From: an uncultured bacterium
Lineage (GTDB): Bacteria > Schekmanbacteria > GWA2-38-11 > J061
Length of the DNA stretch: 64,000 bases
Reading direction: 5' to 3'
NCBI GenBank assembly: GCA_964549305.1
Contig: CAZJVM010000003.1
Coordinates: 1 to 64,000 of the forward strand
Both the position numbers and the translations under genes were made by a program. Of the stretch, positions 20,914 to 30,209 are shown piece after piece (position 1 is the first letter of the stretch; each line of letters starts with the position of its first letter). The notes under the pieces are model-generated. The model was given only the letters and a program-made list of their open reading frames with translations, ran no database searches and was not told where the DNA came from.

Positions 20914-22191
20914 ATGAAAAAGATAGCTTTTATAGATTTGCTTTTTCACTGGCCCGTAAGCGGAGGGTCGTGGAATGATTTCTACAATGTCGCATCGATG
21001 CTTCACAAAAGAGGGTATGGAGTAAAGCTTTTTGTACCCGATTTTCCGGATTATTTTCCGAGAGGACGGATTTTGGAAGATTTTCCTCTGGAGATAGAAC
21101 GAATTCCCTTCAGCAAATATTCCTTTAATTTTTTCAACATGCCTCGCGAGTTTTTGCGCCGCGTGGAAGAATATAATCCGGATTATGTTTTTATGGGAGA
21201 CGGATATTTCCTGAAACCCTATCTTATAAAAGCGCTTTCAAAATGGCCCCTGTTTCTGCGTTTCTACTCCTATGAACTTATATGCTTCAACAACAAGCTA
21301 TTTTTCGCTGACAGGGAAGTTTGCGCGAATACGGTTTTTAAGGATGCCGGCAAATGCATCTCCTGCAGATTCAGAAATGCGAATATGTTCAAACAGCTTA
21401 TAAAGATTATTCTTGATTATAAAGTCGATGAGTATCCTTTCAGCAGAGTGATGTTCCATTTTTCACAAGAATATCTTTCGGCAATGGCTTTCAGGGATTC
21501 CTACAGGAAAATTCTCGCGGAAAGCATATCTGAGGCATCTTCCGTCATAGTCTATAACGATTACATCAGGGATATTCTCGTAAAATACAATAATGATGTG
21601 AAGGTTATTCCTTCAGGTGTCGATACTGAAAAGTTCAGTCCACCGAAAAAAAGAAAAAAAGGGGATAAGAAGAAAATACTCATGTCCGGACGCGTCGCTG
21701 AATACGCAAAAGGTTTGACGGTGCTCGAAAATGCCTTCAAACTATTGCTTTCAAAACGGGACGATATAATTTTGGAGCTTACTACGGATGACTATTTCAG
21801 GAGTTTTGAAAACCGTTTTCAGGGTGAAAATTTCATCCTTAAAAAATGGGTTAATCAGGATAATCTTCCCTCCCTTTACAAGGATGCCGATATTGTCGTT
21901 GTGCCGTCAATATGGATGGAACCTTTCGGAATAGTCGCTTTGGAAGCAATGGCATCGGGAGTGCCCGTTATCGCGTCGCAAATCGGAGGATTGCAGAATA
22001 TTGTAATTGACGGGAAAACGGGATTTCTCTTTGAACCGGGAAACGTTAAAGAATTAATGGACAAAATGGAAAATCTTTTGGATAATCAATCACTTCGTGA
22101 GACTATGGGTGATAATGGCAGAAAAAGGGCGCTGGCCCTTTACAGCTGGGATAAAATCGTGGACAATTACTATGTTCCGCTCTTTTCATAG
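20914..22191 (+). CDS. Glycosyltransferase family 4 with 4-Cys insertion, paralogue of the previous gene
   Basis: PSIWMEPFGIVALEAMASGVPVI; same Cys spacing and MKKIAFIDL N-terminus. Confidence 0.9.
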   Translation: MKKIAFIDLLFHWPVSGGSWNDFYNVASMLHKRGYGVKLFVPDFPDYFPRGRILEDFPLEIERIPFSKYSFNFFNMPREFLRRVEEYNPDYVFMGDGYFLKPYLIKALSKWPLFLRFYSYELICFNNKLFFADREVCANTVFKDAGKCISCRFRNANMFKQLIKIILDYKVDEYPFSRVMFHFSQEYLSAMAFRDSYRKILAESISEASSVIVYNDYIRDILVKYNNDVKVIPSGVDTEKFSPPKKRKKGDKKKILMSGRVAEYAKGLTVLENAFKLLLSKRDDIILELTTDDYFRSFENRFQGENFILKKWVNQDNLPSLYKDADIVVVPSIWMEPFGIVALEAMASGVPVIASQIGGLQNIVIDGKTGFLFEPGNVKELMDKMENLLDNQSLRETMGDNGRKRALALYSWDKIVDNYYVPLFS

Positions 22192-22202
22192 GGAGAAATA
22201 AT

Positions 22203-23660
22203 TTGAAGGTTTTTATCGGAAATTCACCTTGGCGCAAAGAGGGCTTTTACGGCGTAAGGGCGGGAAGCCGCTGGCCCCACTTTGAGATGGATTGCTCCGA
22301 TTATATGCCTTTCCCGTTTTTTATGGCTTATGCAAGTGCGTTGCTCGAAAAAAACTCCATCAATGTAAAAGCCGTTGACGGTATTGCAGAAGGTGACGAT
22401 GATAACCAGTTTTTCAACAAACTCATAGATTACAACCCCAATATTGTCGTTTATGAAGTTTCTACCAATACCATAGAAATAGACCTTCGTTTCGCTAAGA
22501 TGACAAAGGAGGTTCTCGGGAGAAATGTTCAGATAGTGTTCTGTGGGCCTGATATGAATATGTATAAAACATCCTTTCTCGATGAAAACAAATGCGTTGA
22601 CGTAATCCTAAAGGGCGAATATGAATTTACCCTCCTTGAAATGGTCAAGAGTTTAAGTATGAATAACGGGCTTTCCGGGGTAAAGGGACTCTATTTCAGG
22701 GACTCGAAAGGAAATTCCGTGTTTACGGGAGAAAGACAGCTTGTATCCGATATCAATGTTTTCCCCTGGCCCGCGAGGCATCATTTTCCAATGGAAAAAT
22801 ATAACGATACTCCGGGAGGAATTCCGAAACCCAGTGTCCAAATGTGGGCAAGCCGCGGGTGCCCTTTCAAATGTGTATTCTGTTCCTGGCCTCAGATTAT
22901 GTATGGAAGCAGTTCATACAGGACAAGAGACCCAATCGATGTTGTTGATGAAATGCAGTGGCTCGTTGAGGAGAAGGGGTTCAAATCGGTTTATTTCGAC
23001 GATGACACTTTCAACATAGGAAAAGAAAGAATACTCAAGATTTGCGACGAGATTAAAAAGAGAGGCATTAAAATTCCCTGGGCTGTAATGGCCCGCGCGG
23101 ATACATCAGACAGGGAAATGCTCCAGGGAATGGTCGATGCGGGATTGTGCGCTTTAAAATACGGAATCGAATCCGGTGACCAGGAAATAGTGAAGAATTG
23201 CGGGAAGGACCTGGATCTTGAAAAGGCGCGGGAAAACATAAAAATTACCAAAGAGCTGGGAGTAAAAATACATCTTACATTTTCTTTAGGGCTTCCCGGC
23301 GAAACAACGGATTCCATAAAACGCACCGTGGCTTTTGCCATCGAACAGGATCCCGATTCTCTTCAGTTTTCCATAGTTACACCTTTCCCGGGCAGTAAGT
23401 ACTTTAACGAGCTCGATGAAAAAGGTTATGTGCTTTCCAAAAACTGGGAAGAGTATGACGGATACAACAAGGCTGTAATCAAAACCGATTATCTTGACAG
23501 TTGCGATCTCGAGAAGGGACTCGAGTATGCGAATACGGCGTGGAGGGCGCATCAGTTAAAGAAGGAAATAAAGGCAGCGCCTTTTGACTATATTAAAAAA
23601 TCCGTGTCAAACCCACTTCATTCCGCCAGACGCTTCTGGCAGCTTTTTGTTAGAAAATAA
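22203..23660 (+). CDS. Cobalamin-binding radical SAM protein (HpnJ-like N-terminus)
   Basis: RAGSRWPH, GEYE, SRGCPFKCVFC, FDDDTF, YGIESG and TPFPG. Confidence 0.9.
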   Translation: MKVFIGNSPWRKEGFYGVRAGSRWPHFEMDCSDYMPFPFFMAYASALLEKNSINVKAVDGIAEGDDDNQFFNKLIDYNPNIVVYEVSTNTIEIDLRFAKMTKEVLGRNVQIVFCGPDMNMYKTSFLDENKCVDVILKGEYEFTLLEMVKSLSMNNGLSGVKGLYFRDSKGNSVFTGERQLVSDINVFPWPARHHFPMEKYNDTPGGIPKPSVQMWASRGCPFKCVFCSWPQIMYGSSSYRTRDPIDVVDEMQWLVEEKGFKSVYFDDDTFNIGKERILKICDEIKKRGIKIPWAVMARADTSDREMLQGMVDAGLCALKYGIESGDQEIVKNCGKDLDLEKARENIKITKELGVKIHLTFSLGLPGETTDSIKRTVAFAIEQDPDSLQFSIVTPFPGSKYFNELDEKGYVLSKNWEEYDGYNKAVIKTDYLDSCDLEKGLEYANTAWRAHQLKKEIKAAPFDYIKKSVSNPLHSARRFWQLFVRK

Positions 23661-23664
23661 ATCT

Positions 23665-25167
23665 ATGGCCGGTTTATCAAACCGTATAAAAATATCCGCT
23701 ATAATCCTTATTGCGTTTGCCCTTCGTTTATACAGACTTGGAGAATACGACTACTGGTTTGATGAGATTCTATGTGTTTTCCAAAGAAACAATATTTCGG
23801 AAATTCTTTCGGGAAGAATCCTTGACAGCAACCCTCCTCTTTATTTTCTCATACTGAATTTTTGGGGAAGATTTTCAGAAAGTGAATTTTGGATGAGACT
23901 TCCTTCGGTGCTTTTTGCCATAATAACCATTCTGCTTGTCTACTCTTTTACTAAAAAGATAATTGGAGACAAATCGGCGCTTGCGGCATCATTCATCCTC
24001 GCTATTTCACCTTTTCATATTTATTACAGCCAGGAAGTGAAAATGTATTCCCTCTTTATTCTCTTGTCCTTCATTTCCTTTTCATCGCTTGTAATGGCGT
24101 TGGAGGAGGGGGATAAAAAATATTTTATAAGCTATTCCATTGCAACTGCTTTAGCTCTTTATACCCATTATTTTGCCATATATATGCTGTGTGTCGAGGC
24201 AGGCGCCGTAATTCTATTTTTAATATTCAGCAAGGCGGAGAAAAAGACTTTAAAGCGTCTCGCTCTTGCCCTTGCTTCTGTTGCCCTTATTTATATGCCA
24301 TGGTTGCCCATTATGCTGAGAGAGCATTTTTTCAACACTTCCGGTTTTGTAACCACGTGGATACCGAAGCCCGGAATTAAAACTTTCTTTTACACTCTCA
24401 AAAACTTTTCCGTCGGTTTCAGCTCGCCCCGGATAAATTATTTTCCGGCTTCAATCGCATATTTTTTCATGGCAACGGCAGGCATCATTCAATTTATCAA
24501 AAGCAGGGGAAGGGGCGCGTTGTTAATCATTGCTTTTGTGCTTTTGGCGCCTCTTGGCCTGTTTGTGGCATCCATTAAAAGCCCTGTTTATCTTGACAGA
24601 TATATCTCATTTACTCTTCCTTTTTTCATAATAATTCTTTCGGCAAGCTTCATTAATCTGAAAGGCAGGACAGTGGGGGCAATTTGTATCCTCCTGTCTC
24701 TTTTCTCTTTTTTCGGATACAGGGATATGTATGAAAAAATACCCTTTATCAATCAGGCGCCCGGAGAGCACGAGAGGGTATCGATGAAGGAACCTGTTGA
24801 GTATATCAAATCCCGATGGGAGAAGGGAGATATCGTGGGACATTCCTGCCGTTCCACACAGTTGTCCTTTGAATACTATTGGGGTGATGATTCTCCTGAG
24901 CAGAAACTGGTTGCCGTGGAAAAATTCGAAAAGTATCCACAGCCTGCTTACTGGCCTCATTCATCTCTTTTGCCTCAGGTTGTGCCCGATGCCCTGAAGG
25001 GCGGGGATAAAATATGGCTTGTCCTTTCGTGGTGGGACCCTATGGACAAACTTGATTATATTTCCGTGAAGTTGAAAAAATGGATGGATGAACATTTTTA
25101 TCTGAGCGGAGAAAAAAGATTTCCCGGTATATTTGTTTATGAATATGAAAGGAGTGCCGGCGCTTAA
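23665..25167 (+). CDS. GT-C membrane glycosyltransferase (ArnT/PMT-like); start moved to ATG 23665
   Basis: WFDE in the first loop, NPPLYF, RLPS, YSQEVKMY and YTHY; many TMs plus a C-terminal soluble domain. Confidence 0.85.
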   Translation: MAGLSNRIKISAIILIAFALRLYRLGEYDYWFDEILCVFQRNNISEILSGRILDSNPPLYFLILNFWGRFSESEFWMRLPSVLFAIITILLVYSFTKKIIGDKSALAASFILAISPFHIYYSQEVKMYSLFILLSFISFSSLVMALEEGDKKYFISYSIATALALYTHYFAIYMLCVEAGAVILFLIFSKAEKKTLKRLALALASVALIYMPWLPIMLREHFFNTSGFVTTWIPKPGIKTFFYTLKNFSVGFSSPRINYFPASIAYFFMATAGIIQFIKSRGRGALLIIAFVLLAPLGLFVASIKSPVYLDRYISFTLPFFIIILSASFINLKGRTVGAICILLSLFSFFGYRDMYEKIPFINQAPGEHERVSMKEPVEYIKSRWEKGDIVGHSCRSTQLSFEYYWGDDSPEQKLVAVEKFEKYPQPAYWPHSSLLPQVVPDALKGGDKIWLVLSWWDPMDKLDYISVKLKKWMDEHFYLSGEKRFPGIFVYEYERSAGA

Positions 25168-27467
25168 TGAAAAAAATATATAAAAGATTAGCGAAAGACT
25201 GGCCGGTGCTGCTTTTTTATTTTTTAGTCACTTTTCTTCTTACCTATCCCTGGATATTAAAGTTTGGCACTCACAAACTCGGAGATGATATTGACGGCTC
25301 GATGCTTGTATGGAATCTGTGGTGGTTTGCAAAATCGATATTTGACCCGAATGAAACCGTATTTTTTACAAACTATATCTTTTATCCCATTGGCACGGGG
25401 CTTGTTTTTCATACATTGACTATTTTAAACGGTATATTCGGAATTCTACTTACCCCTCTCGCGGGTCTTCTTGTATCATTCAATATTCTTACCTTTCTCA
25501 CGTTTCTTCTCTCCGGTTACGGAATGTTTCTTCTTGTGGAGTATCTTACCGGAAACAGGGCGGCAGCTGTCATAGCGGGATTTATCTATGCTTTCTGTCC
25601 ATTTAGAATGATGAGGGTTTCATTCATTAATTATCTCACAACGCAGTGGTTCCCCTTTTATTTCTTGTTTCTAATCAGGCTTTTAAAAGGAGACGGAAAA
25701 AAGTATACCAATATAATCTTCTGCTCCATATTCCTCCTCTTTAACGGGCTGATTTGTGAAATCTACGGTTTTTTTGCCGCTATATACACCATCCCCTTTT
25801 TTCTCTTTTACGCATTGGGGAAAAATTCAAATAATAAATTTTCCGATAACCTGCTAAGGGTTGTCTGCGTTTTTTTGATTTTTGCCATATTGTTTTCGCC
25901 TCTTCTTTTTCGAATGCTCGGTATTGTATTTACCGAAGGACAGTCCATTCTTTCCTCAACGATTGAAAATGCTCGGTATGAATCAGCGGATTCCCTTTCA
26001 TATTTTATTCCCAGTCCCTTGCATCCGCTTTGGGGAAACAGCGCGGCAAAGATTATGTCTTCATTTACCGGGATATTTCAGGAAACAGTGGTTTTTCCGG
26101 GATTTGTGAGTATTCTGCTCTGCCTCTGCTCGCTTTTTATATTACGGGGTAGGAGAGAAGTGATCTTCTTTTTCTGCCTGGCGATTTTTTCCGCCCTCAT
26201 GAGTTTTGGTCCCTATCTTCATTATTTGGGAAGAGACACTTTTTTCAGTGCGGGAATCAGGATTCCTATGCCCTATTATTTTACCTATTTCCTGCCTTTT
26301 TTCGGCGCTGTGAGAATTCCGGGAAGATACGGCATTATGGCAATGATATTTATTTCCCTATTGGCAGGTTACGGATATAAGTATTTGGCCCAAAAGGTCA
26401 AAAGGGAGAAGATACTTTTTAACGTTATAATAGTAACACTTTTGTTTGAATTCTGGACAGCGCCCTTCCCGCTGATTTCCAATATGAAAATCCCTGAAGC
26501 GTACAAGCAGATAAAGAATGACAAAGGGGATTTTTCCCTGCTTCACATTCCTATGGGATGGAGGGCGAAGGGTACATATCACTACGGGTATAATTTTACG
26601 AGATTCCAGTACTATCAGACTTATCACGAAAAAAGAATAATGGACGGAATGCTTGCCCGTACAAGACAGTTTAACACTGATTATTTTGCAAACCTTCCCA
26701 TTGTAAGTTCGCTGGTTAAACTCGAGTATGACGAGAAACTTTCAGATGAAGAAATACTGCGCGATAAAAGTTTAGTCGCCGATTTTGTTAATTTTTACAA
26801 TGTAAAATATATTGTAGTAGATGAAGTTTATGAAAGGGTTTTTTCCCATCTGACACCTGAGATTCTTCAAAATATAGATGATTATCTTCATACCCTTTTT
26901 GATCTTGAAGCAGTTTATGACAGGGGGACAAGGGGAGAAAAGCGCCTTAAGGATACATTTGCACGATATTCTGAATTTCTAAAGGGTAAAAATCCACCGC
27001 GTCTTGACCCTTTTTATCGTGAGATTACTTCACTTGATACGACATATAAAGTATACAGAATAATGGGAGAGAGAAAAAATATGGGCAACGCGGAGATAAC
27101 TCCTCTTTCTCCTGCGCGCCGTTTTTACCTTGCTGGATTTTGGAAAGAGACAGGTGAGGGGAATAATAAATTCTTCTCATTGCCTTCGGGCAAAAAAGGT
27201 ATTCTTCTTTTTCCTTCTTCCGGAGAGGGAAGGGTGAGGATAAGCTTAATTTTATCCCGGGAATCGAAAGATGAAGATACATTTTTAGATGTGAAAATAA
27301 ACAACAGGTTTGAAGAAAAGATAAATATCCGTCGAGAAGGCGATAATTTAATCGCCGTTATAGACGTTCCGGAAGTTGCGCGGAAAAAGGGTATAAACAG
27401 ATTGGAAATAGAAGTTGGTAAAAAAGAACTACTTTTGAATAAAATATTGATATCTCAGTCCCGATAA
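25167..27467 (+). CDS. Large polytopic membrane protein, probable GT-C (YfhO-like)
   Basis: GDDIDG..VWNLWW, IFYPIG and VRIPGRY; multiple TMs and a large C-terminal extracytoplasmic region. Confidence 0.65.
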   Translation: MKKIYKRLAKDWPVLLFYFLVTFLLTYPWILKFGTHKLGDDIDGSMLVWNLWWFAKSIFDPNETVFFTNYIFYPIGTGLVFHTLTILNGIFGILLTPLAGLLVSFNILTFLTFLLSGYGMFLLVEYLTGNRAAAVIAGFIYAFCPFRMMRVSFINYLTTQWFPFYFLFLIRLLKGDGKKYTNIIFCSIFLLFNGLICEIYGFFAAIYTIPFFLFYALGKNSNNKFSDNLLRVVCVFLIFAILFSPLLFRMLGIVFTEGQSILSSTIENARYESADSLSYFIPSPLHPLWGNSAAKIMSSFTGIFQETVVFPGFVSILLCLCSLFILRGRREVIFFFCLAIFSALMSFGPYLHYLGRDTFFSAGIRIPMPYYFTYFLPFFGAVRIPGRYGIMAMIFISLLAGYGYKYLAQKVKREKILFNVIIVTLLFEFWTAPFPLISNMKIPEAYKQIKNDKGDFSLLHIPMGWRAKGTYHYGYNFTRFQYYQTYHEKRIMDGMLARTRQFNTDYFANLPIVSSLVKLEYDEKLSDEEILRDKSLVADFVNFYNVKYIVVDEVYERVFSHLTPEILQNIDDYLHTLFDLEAVYDRGTRGEKRLKDTFARYSEFLKGKNPPRLDPFYREITSLDTTYKVYRIMGERKNMGNAEITPLSPARRFYLAGFWKETGEGNNKFFSLPSGKKGILLFPSSGEGRVRISLILSRESKDEDTFLDVKINNRFEEKINIRREGDNLIAVIDVPEVARKKGINRLEIEVGKKELLLNKILISQSR

Positions 27468-27493
27468 GGAAATTTTATTTTTAAATAATTTTT

Positions 27494-28885
27494 ATGAAAA
27501 TTTTACTTATAACCCCGATTAGCCATACCCATTATGTTGTCCCTCCCATAGGGTTGGGGTATCTTGCGTCTTCGCTGAGAAAAAACGGATTCAGTGATGT
27601 CTCCATACTTGACTGTATCAAGGAAGATATGAATCTCGATGAGTTTCGCGAATATGTGGAGGAAAATATGCCCCATATAGCGGGGTTTCAGATTTTCTCC
27701 TGCGATTTTGCAAACACCCTGAAACAGATTAAGGTGGTAAAAGAAGTAAACCCTTCTGCCGTAATAGTCATAGGTGGCGCCCACGTATCCACTACAAGGG
27801 AGAGAGTCCTTCGCGATGCCCCCGATGCAGACTTTGGATTCTGGGGAGAGGCAGAAACGACATTTCCCAAGCTTGTAAAAAAATTGTCCGGAGACGACAG
27901 CATCGGATTTGAGGATATTGAAGGCCTGATCAGGCGTGAAAACGGCAATACAGTTGTAAATGAAAGGATTTTTATAGAAAAGCTCGATGAGCTCGAGTTT
28001 CCGGCGTGGGATCTGATTGACCCGCGCACTTATCCGGAAAATCCCCAGGGCGCTTTTTTCGAAAAGTTTCCCATCGCGCCCATATCCACATCGAGGGGAT
28101 GCCCCTATCTTTGCACATTCTGCGCCTCCCATACGAATATGGGAAGGGCGGTGCGCTTAAGGTCTATAGAAAATGTCATAAAGGAGATGGAGCTTCTGTA
28201 TAATAAATTTTCAGTGAGGGAATTTCACATCATAGACGATGTTTTCAATCTTTACAGGGAAAGAGTCATTGAATTTTGCAATGCCCTCAAGGAAAAGAAA
28301 TGGGATATCAGCTATACTTTCCCAAACGGCATCAGGTTGAATACGCTCAATATGGAAGTTTTGAAGGCAATGAAAGAGACAGGCGCCTATTCCTTTACAG
28401 TGGGTATAGAATCGGGGTCACAGCGCATACTTGACAGTATGAAGAAGAGTCTTTCGTTAAAGGAAATCGAAGAGAAGGTAAATCTCATAAATGAAGCGGG
28501 TCTTTCTCCCAGCGGTTTTTTCATTGTGGGATATCCCGAGGAAACGGAAGAGGACATACTTGAAACAATCAGATTTGCAAAGAAGCTTAAAATCAAAAGA
28601 GCTCATTTCAGCAACTTCCTGCCTCTTCCCGGCACTGAAGCGACGGATATGCTTGTGAAGAACAATGAGATAGGCGAGATAGACTGGAGCCAGCTTTTTT
28701 ATTCAAAGGTGCCCTACAGTCCGCCGGGAATGAGCAAGGAAAAACTTAAGGCATTTCAGAGAAAAGCGTTTATTTCCTTTCATTTGAGGCCCTCCATTAT
28801 TGTACAATTATTATCTGAAATTAAATCGATGAGACATCTGAAATCGCTTTTGACGAGAATGAAGGATTACCTTTTTAAAAGTTAA
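27494..28885 (+). CDS. Cobalamin-binding radical SAM protein
   Basis: PPIGLGYLA, GGAH, GEAE, SRGCPYLCTFC, GIESGS and PLPGT. Confidence 0.92.
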   Translation: MKILLITPISHTHYVVPPIGLGYLASSLRKNGFSDVSILDCIKEDMNLDEFREYVEENMPHIAGFQIFSCDFANTLKQIKVVKEVNPSAVIVIGGAHVSTTRERVLRDAPDADFGFWGEAETTFPKLVKKLSGDDSIGFEDIEGLIRRENGNTVVNERIFIEKLDELEFPAWDLIDPRTYPENPQGAFFEKFPIAPISTSRGCPYLCTFCASHTNMGRAVRLRSIENVIKEMELLYNKFSVREFHIIDDVFNLYRERVIEFCNALKEKKWDISYTFPNGIRLNTLNMEVLKAMKETGAYSFTVGIESGSQRILDSMKKSLSLKEIEEKVNLINEAGLSPSGFFIVGYPEETEEDILETIRFAKKLKIKRAHFSNFLPLPGTEATDMLVKNNEIGEIDWSQLFYSKVPYSPPGMSKEKLKAFQRKAFISFHLRPSIIVQLLSEIKSMRHLKSLLTRMKDYLFKS

Positions 28886-28896
28886 GGCAGAAATAA

Positions 28897-30207
28897 ATGA
28901 AAGTCATAGTTATAGGCGGAGGAGTCGCGGGATTGTCTGCGGCATATGAACTGTCAAAAAAAGGCGTTGATGTAAGGATTGTGGAAAAAGCGTCTGTCCT
29001 TGGAGGGCTTGCAAGCTCTTTTCCTTTGGGAGAGAGATTTATAGAACGTTACTATCACTTTGTCTGCCGCAATGATTTCACACTTTTCAATCTTTTAAAA
29101 GAGCTCAACATCTATGGAGAGTTAAACTGGATAAACACCAAGATGGGGCTTTTTTACAAAAACAAGGTTTATCCCTTCAGCACGCCGCTTGATTTAATGA
29201 CATTTCCCTATTTAAGCTTTAGCGAGAAGATGAAATTCGGGCTTGGACTGATGGATATAAAAAGAAGAAATCCCGATGACTGGGAAGATATAGAAAATAT
29301 TACATCTGATAAATGGCTTAAAAACCAGTTTGGAGAAAACATTTACAAGATCCTGCACGAACCTTTGATACGGCATAAATTCGGTGATTACGCGGGAAAG
29401 ATTTCAGCGGCGTGGATGTGGGCAAGGATACACAGAATCGGAAAATCGAGAAGCAAGATTCTTCAGAAAGAGATTCTCGGCTATATAAACGGCGGTACAA
29501 AAACTCTCGTAGACGAACTTGAAAAAAGGATTGTTGCAAATGGGGGAACGATAAGCTTAAAGAGCGAGGTGGCAGAGATAATACACAACGATGGGAAAGT
29601 CCGTGCCGTAAAATGCGCAGATGAGGAAATTGCCTGCGATGCCGTAATATCCACTATTTCGGCTCCCGAGCTTGCTCAAATCATATCAGGAGCAAGGGGA
29701 CCTTACATTGACAAGGTAAGAAAGATTGAATCTATCGGTGTCGTTTGCGCGCTTTTGATTACGAAACAAGAACTTTCCGAGAATTTCTGGCTGAATATAA
29801 ACGACCCCGAAATTAACCTTGCGGGAATAATAGAATATTCCAACCTTAATCCCTGCTCTTTCCTCAAAGGTTCAAAAGTGCTCTATATGCCTCAGTACAT
29901 TCATTCAGGACATCCTATTTTCAAAACATCAAAAGAAGAGATAATAAGCATTTACACAAAATACCTGTCGAAGATAAACGGCTCATTTTCCGAAAGCAGC
30001 ATAGAAAAATCCTTTGTTTTTAAGGATAAATACGCGCAGCCCATTTGCGAAACCGGATTTACGAAAATGACGCCGGGAATAAAAACCTCAATTAAGGGTC
30101 TTTACATAACAGACTCCTGCCAGCTTCATCCTGATGACAGGACCATATCAAACAGCATAAATTTAGGGAAAACTGCTTCCGAAACGCTATCTGAAGATTT
30201 AATATAG
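28897..30207 (+). CDS. FAD-dependent oxidoreductase (protoporphyrinogen-oxidase/amine-oxidase fold)
   Basis: GGGVAGLSAA Rossmann motif, GGLA, ERYYH, SAAWMW and YAQP. Confidence 0.85.
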   Translation: MKVIVIGGGVAGLSAAYELSKKGVDVRIVEKASVLGGLASSFPLGERFIERYYHFVCRNDFTLFNLLKELNIYGELNWINTKMGLFYKNKVYPFSTPLDLMTFPYLSFSEKMKFGLGLMDIKRRNPDDWEDIENITSDKWLKNQFGENIYKILHEPLIRHKFGDYAGKISAAWMWARIHRIGKSRSKILQKEILGYINGGTKTLVDELEKRIVANGGTISLKSEVAEIIHNDGKVRAVKCADEEIACDAVISTISAPELAQIISGARGPYIDKVRKIESIGVVCALLITKQELSENFWLNINDPEINLAGIIEYSNLNPCSFLKGSKVLYMPQYIHSGHPIFKTSKEEIISIYTKYLSKINGSFSESSIEKSFVFKDKYAQPICETGFTKMTPGIKTSIKGLYITDSCQLHPDDRTISNSINLGKTASETLSEDLI

Positions 30208-30209
30208 CT

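Noticed and set aside
23584-23664. Longer ORF-track starts (23584, 32438, 5115, 11978)
   Set aside because: They create long overlaps or add non-homologous N-termini; downstream ATGs fit operon spacing better.
17854-28885. Hopanoid, ladderane or bacteriochlorophyll pathway suggested by several B12 radical SAMs
   Set aside because: No squalene-hopene cyclase, fatty-acid synthesis/ACP or bch genes in the window; neighbours are glycan genes.
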